Shown one piece after another: positions 18,779 through 28,684 of a DNA stretch of 64,000 nucleotides. The stretch is taken from assembly GCA_963778945.1 (NCBI GenBank), contig CAVZWL010000023.1, positions 24,490 to 88,489 of the forward strand. The letters are read 5' to 3'. Source of the DNA: Ignavibacteriota bacterium. Its GTDB lineage: Bacteria > Bacteroidota > Ignavibacteria > UBA10030. A model generated the notes under the pieces. That model did not search any database and had not been told where the DNA came from. It worked only from the letters and a program-made list of their open reading frames with translations. Both the position numbers and the translations under genes were made by a program. The stretch's first letter is position 1, and every line of letters begins with the position of its first letter.

Positions 18779-19528
18779 CTATATGGTAAGTTGGTATCCG
18801 ATGTATCCCGTGGTCGCTGCAATACCGGACAAACTATGCCCGATGGAAAACAACAGATGGTTTGTCTCGTCGAAATTTATAAATCCGCCCAGGCTGAACG
18901 ATTCGCCGGCTTTTGCATCCGGCGTATTCGCAGTCTCGTAACACAACTCTCCGCCAAGAGTGACGAATTTTGAAAAATCATATTGCAACTCCCATCCGCT
19001 GAAAATCCAATTTTGTTGTCCGGGCACGCGAACATACCAGAATCCGGCTCCGCCGTACGTTGTCCAGTTTCCAAAACTTTTCTGAATCCAGACGGGAAAA
19101 TAAACCTGAGTCTTTCCTGCACCCAACTGCATATTTACATCTCCTGTCGGAATCTCAACAAGCGGAAAAACTCCAATTTGCGGAATATCATCTGTTTCCT
19201 CTGTAAAGCGGTATTTAATGCCGATCTCCGTATCGGAATATCCGTAATGTGTTCCGGCGGATGTGCGCGTATACCCCAAAGGAGCGACAAAATGGATCTG
19301 CACGTCCGGCACGACACCGTAGTTGATTTCAAAATGCGGGAGCGTTGCAGTTGTCGCATCTTTTTCGAATTGCTGCTCGGATGCGATATAAAATTCCCAG
19401 TGCCGGTAGTCCACAGGCTGCGGATCATCGGTCCGAAAAGGCGGACCGGCAAATGCGTTCGGCACAGCGGAATAAAACAGCAGTACGCCTGCGCAAGACA
19501 ATAGATATCGAATTCTCATATCGTCCAA
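18779..19528 (-). CDS. Outer-membrane beta-barrel transporter, MetA-pathway-of-phenol-degradation-like family
   Basis: A signal peptide is followed by GPPFRTDDPQPVDYRHWEFY, the family's TDD..E motif. Alternating beta-strand patterns and aromatic-rich ends follow. Length is 249 aa. Confidence 0.65.
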   Translation of the reverse strand: MDDMRIRYLLSCAGVLLFYSAVPNAFAGPPFRTDDPQPVDYRHWEFYIASEQQFEKDATTATLPHFEINYGVVPDVQIHFVAPLGYTRTSAGTHYGYSDTEIGIKYRFTEETDDIPQIGVFPLVEIPTGDVNMQLGAGKTQVYFPVWIQKSFGNWTTYGGAGFWYVRVPGQQNWIFSGWELQYDFSKFVTLGGELCYETANTPDAKAGESFSLGGFINFDETNHLLFSIGHSLSGIAATTGYIGYQLTI

Positions 19529-19616
19529 TCCTCGATATTATAGAAAACGTATTCATCGGGGAGACCGGTTCCACTGCTCTTTGAAATGGTAATTGGCAAC
19601 AGACGCCCGAACACCA

Positions 19617-19676
19617 CCGCGGTCACCCTCCCCAGGCGGGCAAGTCGCCCTCCCAAGGCGGGCGAGCCGCCCGCGG
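19617..19676. repeat. GC-rich intergenic repeat, copy B (with internal about 22-nt tandem duplication)
   Basis: ccgcggtcaccctccccaggcgggcaagtcgccctcccaaggcgggcgagccgcccgcgg matches the reverse complement of 532..570. The unit ccctccNNaggcgggcNagNcg is doubled. Confidence 0.55.
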
Positions 19677-19683
19677 ACAGGGC

Positions 19684-20160
19684 TTATATTTCTTTCACTG
19701 CAGTAAGAATATAATCGGTCACAGGCGGCTTGAGTCCCTGCTGCCGAATAATTCTATTCAACTGCGCCCGATGATGAATGGAATGATAATTGATCTGAAG
19801 TATAACATCCCGTATCATGGCGGTGTATTGTTTCCCGTCCCTGGGCCTTGAAAAAGTAATTCTTTCTTCCAGCGATTCCTCGCTCCGGTTCTCGAGAAAT
19901 GACAGCCATTTGTCTACACTTTCAATCCACCGGGCGCCGAGTTCCTCCGGCGCATAAGCCGGACCCGTCCAATTAAGCTGTGAATCGTCAACCGCATGCG
20001 TGATTCTGTTCAGCCATTTATCCTGAGCAGTCACAAAATGACCGAAAAGCTTTATCGATTCTTCTTTATCCGGCAGCTGCAAAACAGTCTCGAGAAGTTT
20101 TGTGTTAGCCCATTTATTGAAATTAAATAAATCGACAAGGTATTGTTTCATTGTCAGCAT
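19684..20160 (-). CDS. DinB-family (damage-inducible protein DinB-like) protein
   Basis: LFNFNKWANTKLLETV is at the N-terminus and INYHSIHHRAQLNRIIRQQG at the C-terminus. These are classical DinB family motifs. Confidence 0.85.
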   Translation of the reverse strand: MLTMKQYLVDLFNFNKWANTKLLETVLQLPDKEESIKLFGHFVTAQDKWLNRITHAVDDSQLNWTGPAYAPEELGARWIESVDKWLSFLENRSEESLEERITFSRPRDGKQYTAMIRDVILQINYHSIHHRAQLNRIIRQQGLKPPVTDYILTAVKEI

Positions 20161-20179
20161 AGTGTCTCCTTACTGTTTG

Positions 20180-22009
20180 TTAGAGATTCAGAATTCTTAT
20201 CAAATCACTGCGTTTCAAAGCGCGCAGCTCTGTCTTCAATTCCTCGCGCTTTTCTTTTTTATAAAGGAAAAAGAACAAGTGCTGCATTTTCTTTTCTTTG
20301 ACCGTCCGCGGCACGGCGATTTTTTTCAGCGTTGAGGGATCGAATCCGGTGTAGAACATCACAGACCCGAGCGTCATCGGTGTCGGAGTAAAATCCTGTA
20401 CCTGTTCAAGATCGAGATGCAGCTTTCCGGCCTGTATCGCAAGTTCCGCCATTTCGTCGAGCCCGCAGTCCGGCAGACTTGATATAAAATACGGCACCAA
20501 TTGCTGATTCAATCCATATTCTTCGCACAGTGCATTGAACCGTTCATGAAGATGCATATAACTTTCAAACGGCGGTTTGCGCAGGAGCTTTAACACTTTG
20601 CCGGATGTATGTTCCGGCGCCACTTTCAAGCGTCCGGACACGTGCTCCGCTGCAAGTTCCTTGAAATATTCCAGAGCCGATGAAGACACAGGCCTATTCT
20701 TCGGATCGATAATAAGGTCGTAGCGTATGCCGCTGCCGATGGTAACTTTCTTTACGCCTTTGATGCTCCGCGCCTCGCGATAGACTTCAAGTAATGCCGT
20801 ATGATCAGTGTTAAGATTCCTGCAGACGGACGGATAGATGCACGACGGGCGCCTGCAGTTATCACATTGCTCCTTTTCGACGCCTTCCATCCTGTACATA
20901 TTTGCCGATGGGCCGCCAAGGTCGGTAATATGACCTTTAAAGGTATGCCCGCCTGCAATAGTTTTTACTTCCTTGAGAATGGAATTTTTCGACCGGCTTG
21001 AAATAAATTTTCCCTGATGGGCAGAGATCGTGCAAAACGAACATCCGCCGAAACATCCGCGATGCAGCGTGATGGAATCTTTGACCATTTCATAAGCAGG
21101 TATCGGTTCTTTTCCCAGGTACCGCGGATGCGGCAAGCGTGTAAACGGAAGATCGTAGATTCGATCCATCTCTTTTTCGGAATACGGCGGATATGCCGGA
21201 TTGACAATGATCCACCGATCCCTGTTATTTTCCGCAAGAACCTTTTGTTTTATTTTGTTGGATTCTTCTTCTATGAGAACGAAATTTTTTGCAAATGCTT
21301 TCGGGTCCTTCAGACATTCATCGTAGGAGGCAAGAAGAACCGCATCGTTCACATCGAGCGGAAACTCATCAGCCGGAAATGCTGACTGGGGAAGGTTCGT
21401 TAAATTTTTGATGCTCTCACCGCGCCGGAGTCTTTCTGCAGCCTCGACGATAGATTTTTCCGACATCCCGTACAAAAGCAGATCTGCTCCGGATTCGGCA
21501 AGAACAGAAGGTTTGAGAGAATCACTCCAATAATCATAATGCGTTAGGCGGCGAAGTGAGGATTCTATACCGCCGAGAATCAGAGGGATATCCGGATAAA
21601 GGGATTTCAGAATTTTAGAGTAGACCGTTACGGCATAATCGGGACGCCGGCCCGCTTTATTTCCCGGCGTATAGGCATCGTTGGAACGGAGACGTTTGTT
21701 CGCCGTGTAATGATTGATCATGGAATCCATGTTGCCGGCGCTGACGCCGAAGAACAATTTCGGAATTCCGAGTTTTTTAAAATCCCTTAGATCATCCTGC
21801 CAATTCGGCTGCGGAATGACCGCAACCCGGTATCCTTCATGCTCCAGTACCCGTGCGATGACGGCCGTTCCGAAGGAAGGATGATCGACAAATGCATCGC
21901 CTGTAAAAAGGATCACATCGGCTCGATCCCAGCCGAGATCCTTCATCTCTTTTATAGAGGTCGGGAAAGATACTTTTCTTTCGCTTTTATGATGGGGAGA
22001 ATATTTCAT
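20180..22009 (-). CDS. ygiQ: YgiQ-family radical SAM protein (UPF0313)
   Basis: 609 aa. The N-terminal B12-binding-like region is DVILFTGDAFVDHPSFG. The radical SAM cluster motif is CFGGCSFC. The YgiQ C-terminal domain is present. Confidence 0.88.
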   Translation of the reverse strand: MKYSPHHKSERKVSFPTSIKEMKDLGWDRADVILFTGDAFVDHPSFGTAVIARVLEHEGYRVAVIPQPNWQDDLRDFKKLGIPKLFFGVSAGNMDSMINHYTANKRLRSNDAYTPGNKAGRRPDYAVTVYSKILKSLYPDIPLILGGIESSLRRLTHYDYWSDSLKPSVLAESGADLLLYGMSEKSIVEAAERLRRGESIKNLTNLPQSAFPADEFPLDVNDAVLLASYDECLKDPKAFAKNFVLIEEESNKIKQKVLAENNRDRWIIVNPAYPPYSEKEMDRIYDLPFTRLPHPRYLGKEPIPAYEMVKDSITLHRGCFGGCSFCTISAHQGKFISSRSKNSILKEVKTIAGGHTFKGHITDLGGPSANMYRMEGVEKEQCDNCRRPSCIYPSVCRNLNTDHTALLEVYREARSIKGVKKVTIGSGIRYDLIIDPKNRPVSSSALEYFKELAAEHVSGRLKVAPEHTSGKVLKLLRKPPFESYMHLHERFNALCEEYGLNQQLVPYFISSLPDCGLDEMAELAIQAGKLHLDLEQVQDFTPTPMTLGSVMFYTGFDPSTLKKIAVPRTVKEKKMQHLFFFLYKKEKREELKTELRALKRSDLIRILNL

Positions 22010-22328
22010 CGTTTACCCGGTCATGATGTATAAGAACCTATGTAATATAAGCTATATAATCAGCAATTTCCTTAGTCTGTCTATCGCGGGAACCCCGAAC
22101 ACTCCGATGCGGTTACACGAATATTATGAAGGCAAGAAACAATATGGAAATACGATTCAGAACAGAGGCATCGATCAATACAGCCGTATCCTCCGCAGAA
22201 CCAGGGCGGAGATCTCGCTTTGATACGGATATTGATCGAGCTTCGGGATCTATCGTTCAAAGCTTCTTCCTGCAGCAGTCTCCTGACAGAACGGTAAAAA
22301 CCGCAATACGGAAACGATATTTGATGAA

Positions 22329-22802
22329 ATGCGCATCATGAAAAACGAATCCTTCGTTATCGAAAGAATATACAACGCTCCCATTTTAAAAGTATGGAAA
22401 GCAATCACCGGCAGGAACAATATGAAGCAGTGGTATTTCGATATTGCCGAGTTCAAACCAGAAAAAGATTTTGAATTCCGGTTCTCCGGCGGAACGGAGA
22501 ATAGAAAGTACATGCATTTGTGTAAAGTCACCGAAATAATAATCGGCAGAAAGCTTGCATACAGATGGCGGTACGACGGCTATGAGGGAGATTGAGTCGT
22601 CACGTACGAATTGTTCGAAGAAGCGGAAAAAACCGGATTAAAGCTCACACACAGCAGCCTGGAATCTTTCCCGACGGACAATCCCGATTTTGCAAGAGAA
22701 AGGTTTGCTGAGGGATGGACATATATTATTGGTACATCATTGAAAACGTTTTCTGAAAAACCTGTGCCGATTCAAGAATCATGTATCTTCGAAGCGATTT
22801 GA
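22329..22802 (+). pseudogene. SRPBCC / AHSA1-like (activator of Hsp90 ATPase homolog 1-like) protein interrupted by an in-frame TGA
   Basis: ORFs 22329..22595 and 22611..22802 are in the same frame. The read-through is ...LAYRWRYDGYEGD*VVTYELFEEAEKTGLKLTHSSLESFP..., a contiguous AHSA1-type domain. The TGA is at 22593..22595. Confidence 0.75.
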
Positions 22803-23043
22803 TAACAAAAGGTTGTCATTGCAGATGAAGCGAAAAATGAGACTGTGTCGATTCTCTTCAATGACTGATCTCATTAAAATCTCACTGTGTTCCCCCCTCA
22901 ATACGGGAACAAAAAGAAATGATCATGGTGATAAGCTGTAAATGTAAGGGCAGTGATTCGTGTCAAAAGATAAATATTTTTCCAATTGCCTATTTTGCAG
23001 TTCATGAGACGACTATCTGAACAATAATAAAGGAGATACAAAA

Positions 23044-23484
23044 ATGAGATTCATGATGTTTATGATCCCCAGCGTTTATCAGGGCGGAAGAGGCAAAAGA
23101 GCCGGGAAAAATTTCACACCGCCTGCCGACGCGATAGAAAAAATGACTAAGTACAATGAGGAATTGGCAAAAGCCGGAGCTCTGCTCTCCCTTGATGGAC
23201 TCCATCCTATTGAAAAAGGAGGCCGTGTATCGTTCTTCAAAGGAAAAACGACTGTAACGGACGGATCCTTCATAAAATCGAAGGAAGTGTTCGGCGGGTA
23301 TTGGATGGTCCAGTTTAAATCAAAAAAAGAAGCTATGAAATGGGCAAAGCGTGTACCGGCAGAGGACGGCGATATAATCGAAGTCCGGCAAGTATTCGAG
23401 ATGTCGGATTTTCCGCCGGATGTCCGGAAGGCCGGCCAGAGTCCGACAATTCAAGCGCAGTCCGCGAAGCATCGAAATAAATGA
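23044..23484 (+). CDS. YciI-family (DGPF domain) protein
   Basis: MRFMMFMIP...MTKYNEELAKAGALLSLDGLHP...TDGSFIKSKEVFGGYWMVQFKSKKEAMKWAKRVP...IEVRQVFEMSDF matches the YciI-like pattern. Confidence 0.8.
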   Translation: MRFMMFMIPSVYQGGRGKRAGKNFTPPADAIEKMTKYNEELAKAGALLSLDGLHPIEKGGRVSFFKGKTTVTDGSFIKSKEVFGGYWMVQFKSKKEAMKWAKRVPAEDGDIIEVRQVFEMSDFPPDVRKAGQSPTIQAQSAKHRNK

Positions 23485-23632
23485 ATTGTCCAGCATAGCC
23501 GGCCACGTATAGTCGAGGAAAACACTGCGACGTATATTGGTCCTTGTTATTCCGAAAAATAGATGGGAATGGAATGTCGGAAAACGACAAATGAAGATTT
23601 TTGAGAGATCGACAATCTTTAAGGAAAATCAT

Positions 23633-24123
23633 ATGCAGAAAATAATCCCTTTCTTATGGTTCGACAATCAAGCCGAAGAAGCCATGAACTTTTATATCTC
23701 CGTCTTTAAAGATTCAAAAATACTCAACGTTACACGCTACGGAGAAGCTGGACCAGGACCGAAAGGATCTGTTATGACAGCGACGTTCCGGATCGAAGGC
23801 CAGGAATTCATGGCCCTGAACGGCGGTCCGATATTCAAGTTCTCGCAAGCTATATCTTTTTTTGTCAAATGCGAGTCCCAGATAAAAATAGACAGACTGT
23901 GGGAAAAACTTTCCGCAGGCGGAGAAAACAGCGATGCGGATGGCTGAAAGACAAATACGGCATTTCATGGCAGATCGTGCCTCTTGTCCTGGGAAAAATA
24001 CTGAACGATAAAGATCCTGAAAAATCGAAAAGAGTTATGCAGGCAATGCTGAAAATGAACAAACTGGATATCAAAGCTTTAAAACAAGCGCATGGACAGA
24101 AGCCGGTGGAAACGCAGCTCTGA
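23633..24123 (+). pseudogene. PhnB-like / 3-demethylubiquinone-9 3-methyltransferase-domain (VOC superfamily) protein, one frameshift
   Basis: [26 protein letters not shown]...FMALNGGP...[13 protein letters not shown] continues in another frame as [16 protein letters not shown]. The shift is at the A4 run at 23925..23928, and an A5 run would restore the frame. Confidence 0.8.
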
Positions 24124-24136
24124 TTCGCGGAGAAGA

Positions 24137-25366
24137 TCAAGGAATTGCGACGGCAAAGAATTCCACATCGTGATTCGATGTAATTTTATACTGTGACAGC
24201 GCGGCCGGCAGAAAAAACGATTCTCCTGAAGAAAATTTTTCGACCTGCTCTTTCCCGCCGGAAGTCCAGAGCACTTCCAGCATTCCTTTTGTTATCAAAT
24301 ACACGCTCGGCCTGTCGCCGGATTCACACTGCCGATGGAAACTTTCCGTTTGCTGAAATCGGGATACTTGAAATTCTTTCGCAGTTGTCCGATAGGTCGT
24401 TTCCCCGCTTTCCGGTCCTGCCTGCATAACCGGACATTCTGCAAAATCGTACCGGATGATATCGAGCAGCGTTGCCACATCTTTAAATTTATTCGTCAGC
24501 CCGGCCCGGACGACGTTGTCGGAATTCGCCATGCATTCAACGATATTTCCTTTGATGTACGCATGCGGAATACCGGCATCCGTGAAAATTGCCTGTCCCG
24601 GTTTTAACCGCACCAGATTGAAAAAGAAAAACGACAATAGACCGACATCCTCGCCGAGCAGACGGCGCTGTTCCAGAAATTGTTCTTCTTCCGGCGTGCG
24701 GAATTCTTTCCCGGCAAGCCGTTCCGCAATTCGGGAAATGCAGGCGGTAAGTTGCTCTTTATCTTCGGCATGAAGCATGACGGCTTCATACATTTTTTTT
24801 ATCAGATTTTTTTCTTCGGACAGATATTTATTCTTCAACAGATCTTCGATCAGTCCCTGCCCTACGAGTTCACCCAGTTCCGGCAAAGACTCTAAATCGT
24901 TTCGGATCGATCGGGCAGGTTTAAATCCGGCGAGTGCGATGAGTGAATCGAGGACAATAGCGACTTCCGGTTTATGATTGTCGTCCGGATAATTTATCGG
25001 GTCTCTTGCATGCAGTTCCCGTGCCTGCACTTTGTTCGGGTGGGTTTGAATGGAAAGCGCATTGGCTGCAGAAAGAACTTTGAGCAGAAACGGAAACCTC
25101 TTCGAGAATTTTTCGCAAACATACGATCCCATGCATTCTAAAGGATATTCTTCAATCACACGATTCAACGGAACCCGCGATCCTTCGATTTCAATTTCCG
25201 ACGGCGCTTTCGGATGAGCGCCTATCCAGAGTTCGGCATACGGAGTACCGGGATCCGCCTGAATGCCCAAGAAACGAGGTATAAAAGCGGACTCGTCTCT
25301 TGTTCCCCATTCGTAATTCTTTATAGTATTATAAAGTTTGTATGGTTTGAGAGAGAGCGTTTTCAA
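24137..25366 (-). CDS. manA: Mannose-6-phosphate isomerase, class I
   Basis: Type I PMI signatures are present: NYEWG, AELWIGAHP, LSIQTHPNK and the cupin C-terminal half. Confidence 0.88.
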   Translation of the reverse strand: MKTLSLKPYKLYNTIKNYEWGTRDESAFIPRFLGIQADPGTPYAELWIGAHPKAPSEIEIEGSRVPLNRVIEEYPLECMGSYVCEKFSKRFPFLLKVLSAANALSIQTHPNKVQARELHARDPINYPDDNHKPEVAIVLDSLIALAGFKPARSIRNDLESLPELGELVGQGLIEDLLKNKYLSEEKNLIKKMYEAVMLHAEDKEQLTACISRIAERLAGKEFRTPEEEQFLEQRRLLGEDVGLLSFFFFNLVRLKPGQAIFTDAGIPHAYIKGNIVECMANSDNVVRAGLTNKFKDVATLLDIIRYDFAECPVMQAGPESGETTYRTTAKEFQVSRFQQTESFHRQCESGDRPSVYLITKGMLEVLWTSGGKEQVEKFSSGESFFLPAALSQYKITSNHDVEFFAVAIP

Positions 25367-26414
25367 ATGCTGTTTTCCTTATACCAAGCGGATGACAAAC
25401 GTATTCATCAGTTCAGAGGCTTTTTGCCGAAAAGAAATGTACTCAGAATTAATCAAGAGAAAAAGGAAATACGAATATCAGAGACTTTTTTTTATGGCTC
25501 TGCAAGCGGGACATTCCTCTATGAAACTAATCCTTTACAAGAAATGGTTATGGTTAGAAATGTTTTTTAAAAGCGAATTCCGGCCTGTCAATAAGGATAT
25601 TCAAATATTCGGGTCGTGATAAACTGAAAATAATGTTCACAAATCTGAAGAACTATCAGAGAAACTAAAACAAGTCATGGAACGTCTTGAACAATATCTT
25701 ACAAGAGTCCCGCGATGACCGCGGCCGGAAACAAGAAAAGCGATAACCGGAGTTCGTTTCGCTGGGATACTTGAGCTTCAAAAATGTTCATATCGGGCAT
25801 CGTTCTTCTGTGCGCAGACCGGCGAGATGAGCAAAGGGCAAAAACAAAAAGAACCTCAAAAAGAACTCTTGGTCAAAGGAAAAAACCGCAGTCTGAAAAA
25901 AACCTTAAAAACGCCACAAACCTCATATCGGCTTTTCTATCCCATTTAAAAAAAGATTTATACCTTGCTATTGGCGCAGAAAGGGTCTATACTGAAAGGA
26001 GCGACATAGTCCGGTGTTTTAGCCAATTTGAGCGGATGTCGGAGGTAGCAACATATTTTGGAAGAATTGTCTCTCTATCGATTCTTTTCATTTATCCATT
26101 CTGAAGCTTCTCCCAACGGGCAATGTTTCACTCCGATACGACGGCATAATTCATCGGCTTGAAAAACAGGATGAGAATTTTTAATAAACCCAAAGTTGAG
26201 TTCTGGGACGTTAGAATCTTGAGTATACAAGGTTCATGATGGCTGCGCTCTTGCGTTTTCCAGACACGTTTAAGATGTGTCTCTGGAGACGCTGGGGACA
26301 GCTTTAAAAAACGGACTCAGAACTCATGAGGGCTTTGAGCTTTATAACAGCCGGAACCAGCGGCAAGTAATCCGGATATTTTTTTAAGCACACTCAATAT
26401 TTACGGCATATATC

Positions 26415-26735
26415 ATGACATATACGATGCGCGGTCCCGATTTATACGACACTCACAACCGAAAAATTGCCGTCACACGCGGTGCTGGAATTTATGACCG
26501 CGACAATCGAAGGGTTGCAACGATACGCGGCAACGATCTTTTCGATTCGGATGATAGAAAGTTGATGACCGTTCGGGGCTCTTTTATTTATGACGCCGGG
26601 AATAAACGAGTGGCCTCATTAGTGGATGCAGAGGATGCTATTACTGGAGCAAGTATCGGAATGCTTTCTGTTGCGCTTTGGTACCTGCTTTATTCGTTAA
26701 CAAAGTTAAACGGCTTGAGACAACTTGAGATTTAA
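26415..26735 (+). CDS. Small tail-anchored protein with four 16-residue (I/L)(Y/F)DxxN(R/K)(R/K)hAxhRG repeats
   Basis: LYDTHNRKIAVTRGAG / IYDRDNRRVATIRGND / LFDSDDRKLMTVRGSF / IYDAGNKRVASLVDAE are followed by the hydrophobic helix ASIGMLSVALWYLLYSL. I recognise no family. Confidence 0.5.
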   Translation: MTYTMRGPDLYDTHNRKIAVTRGAGIYDRDNRRVATIRGNDLFDSDDRKLMTVRGSFIYDAGNKRVASLVDAEDAITGASIGMLSVALWYLLYSLTKLNGLRQLEI

Positions 26736-26854
26736 TGTAACTATTCAGCGTATTCTGGAATAAATGCTTTTTTGCTCAGTATCTCTCGGCTTCTATTGTT
26801 TTCTCATAGCCAAGAGAATTCATCCCGCCATTCTTAAATATCTTCTCGAACCGC

Positions 26855-27514
26855 TTATTGTTTCTGTTCGGTGAACACAAAATTCTTCGGATCATAACCC
26901 TGGCTTTTTAGTATATCAAAAGCCCTCTTTTGGTCCTCTTGAGAAAGAGATGGCAGGCGGCCGAGTATCCATCCATACTTACGGGACGGAGATCCGACGA
27001 CAGCATACCTGTAATCTTTATCCAAACCGATAATCCAATAATCTCCCCAAAACAGCTGAATCCCGAACAGACGGACAAAGCTGACCTCTAACTTCGAATT
27101 CGTCAGGGTGTCCGCAATCCGCGCAATTCCTTTCGCTTCATCGACGGTTCCATCGCTCTTCGTGCATCGATTTATGACGTCGATTCTTCCATCTGCCCTG
27201 ATGCTGTATTCTGCAGTTGTATTGCATGCACATTGCTTTTGAAAACTATTGGGAATCTTTGCGATCTCATACCAGGTTCCGACATATTTATTAAGATTGA
27301 CAGATTCTACTGTGACCGGCTCAGCATGTGAAGTCGACAAGACTGTATCCATGGGTTGACTCCAGGAAAATTGAGAAAATAATAATCCAAATAATAATAC
27401 TCTTCCAAGGCAAAGGCAGCCGGTATATCCTGTTTGAACGCTTCCAGAGAGCCAATTGACCGCTCCTCCCGGATTTACTTCTGCAATTATAGTCATATTG
27501 TTTTCTTTCTTCAT
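26855..27514 (-). CDS. blc: Bacterial lipocalin (Blc-like)
   Basis: The lipocalin SCR1 motif is YVGTWYEIAKIPNSFQ, with later YWIIGLDKDYRYAVVGSP and GWILGR. The exact start is uncertain. Confidence 0.85.
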   Translation of the reverse strand: MKKENNMTIIAEVNPGGAVNWLSGSVQTGYTGCLCLGRVLLFGLLFSQFSWSQPMDTVLSTSHAEPVTVESVNLNKYVGTWYEIAKIPNSFQKQCACNTTAEYSIRADGRIDVINRCTKSDGTVDEAKGIARIADTLTNSKLEVSFVRLFGIQLFWGDYWIIGLDKDYRYAVVGSPSRKYGWILGRLPSLSQEDQKRAFDILKSQGYDPKNFVFTEQKQ

Positions 27515-27587
27515 GCGATGTTGCAGGTAAAGTTAATGATTTCGATCTCTATCGGCAATACGAAAATGGTTTATCGTACCGGTCTGC

Positions 27588-28421
27588 TTACATGTTATCT
27601 ATTTTGAACGAGGTCATCGCTAACGAACCTGCAACCGTTTTATCGTTGAAGAGACTCACCTTTTCTCCCTCCTGTTTCATTGCCAAGGCATAGAGCATCG
27701 GCAAATAATGCTCCGGAGTAGGCACTGCCAGTTGAAACGCCTTTCCGTGCGATTGATAATATATCAGAGATTGATGGTCCCCGGCCAGTATATATTCTTT
27801 CATTTTCCCCCCGGCCTCAAGAGCCCAATCATAACCGTATTCCGCTGCATCCAGCTTATCCCATGCAATCAGACTGAGATTGTGAACCATGTTTCCGCTT
27901 CCGATAATCAGAACACGCCTGCCGCGAAGCGATGAAAGTTCTTTTGCCAGAGCGTAATGATCTTGAGGCGCACGGTTATAGTCCAGACTCATTTGCACAA
28001 CCGGAACATCGGCATCGGGATAGAGATGTTTAACCACGCTCCAGCAGCCGTGATCAAGCCCCCATTTTTCATCCAGGCCGACCTTTGTCTTTTGAATATC
28101 ATTTTTTATTTCTTTTGCCAATTCAGGATTTCCAGGGGCAGGATATTGCACGTCGTATAATTCTTTCGGAAAGCCGCCGAAATCATGAATGGTTTTCGGT
28201 TTTTCCATGACCGTCACGCTTGTACCGGAGGTTTCCCAATGCGCTGAAATGCAGAGAATGGCTTTCGGTTTCGGAATCTCCCCGGCGATATTTCTCCATC
28301 CATCGACAAACTCGTTTTCTTCAATGGCATTCATCGGACTGCCATGGCCTAAAAATAGAACAGGCATTTTTTTCGTGTCGTTCAAAGATACTGCGCTTGC
28401 ATTGAGTGGACCCGATTTCAT
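27588..28421 (-). CDS. ygiD: 4,5-DOPA dioxygenase extradiol (LigB/YgiD family)
   Basis: Motifs VLFLGHGSPMNAIE, ISAHWET, DHGCW and IIGSGNMVHNL are typical of class III extradiol dioxygenases of the YgiD type. Confidence 0.88.
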   Translation of the reverse strand: MKSGPLNASAVSLNDTKKMPVLFLGHGSPMNAIEENEFVDGWRNIAGEIPKPKAILCISAHWETSGTSVTVMEKPKTIHDFGGFPKELYDVQYPAPGNPELAKEIKNDIQKTKVGLDEKWGLDHGCWSVVKHLYPDADVPVVQMSLDYNRAPQDHYALAKELSSLRGRRVLIIGSGNMVHNLSLIAWDKLDAAEYGYDWALEAGGKMKEYILAGDHQSLIYYQSHGKAFQLAVPTPEHYLPMLYALAMKQEGEKVSLFNDKTVAGSLAMTSFKIDNM

Positions 28422-28684
28422 TGCTTATCCTTACTTATATTAAAGCTGAAACCTGCAAAAGGAATGTAAGATTTCCTTCAGAGCTTGATATTTTGAGTTT
28501 TTTCGGACCTCTGGGCATAACATTTAAAGTTAACTAAAAGGTAGGTTAGCGGTTACAGACATTTTTTTTGAAAATATATTGATTTTATGGTATATAATCA
28601 ATTTTTGCATCTTCATTCACGCAGGTTTCAGGTTAAATCCTATTTTATCCGGCCGCGCCTTCGCGATGCTGCGGCGGGCATTCG

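Noticed and set aside
25784-26104. A 106-aa Lys/Arg-rich ORF lies in the manA-upstream gap.
   Set aside because: Its basic stretch is simply the translation of the A-tract region (caaaaacaaaaagaacctcaaaaag...). It has no start context or family resemblance. I treat the region as non-coding (see the finding).
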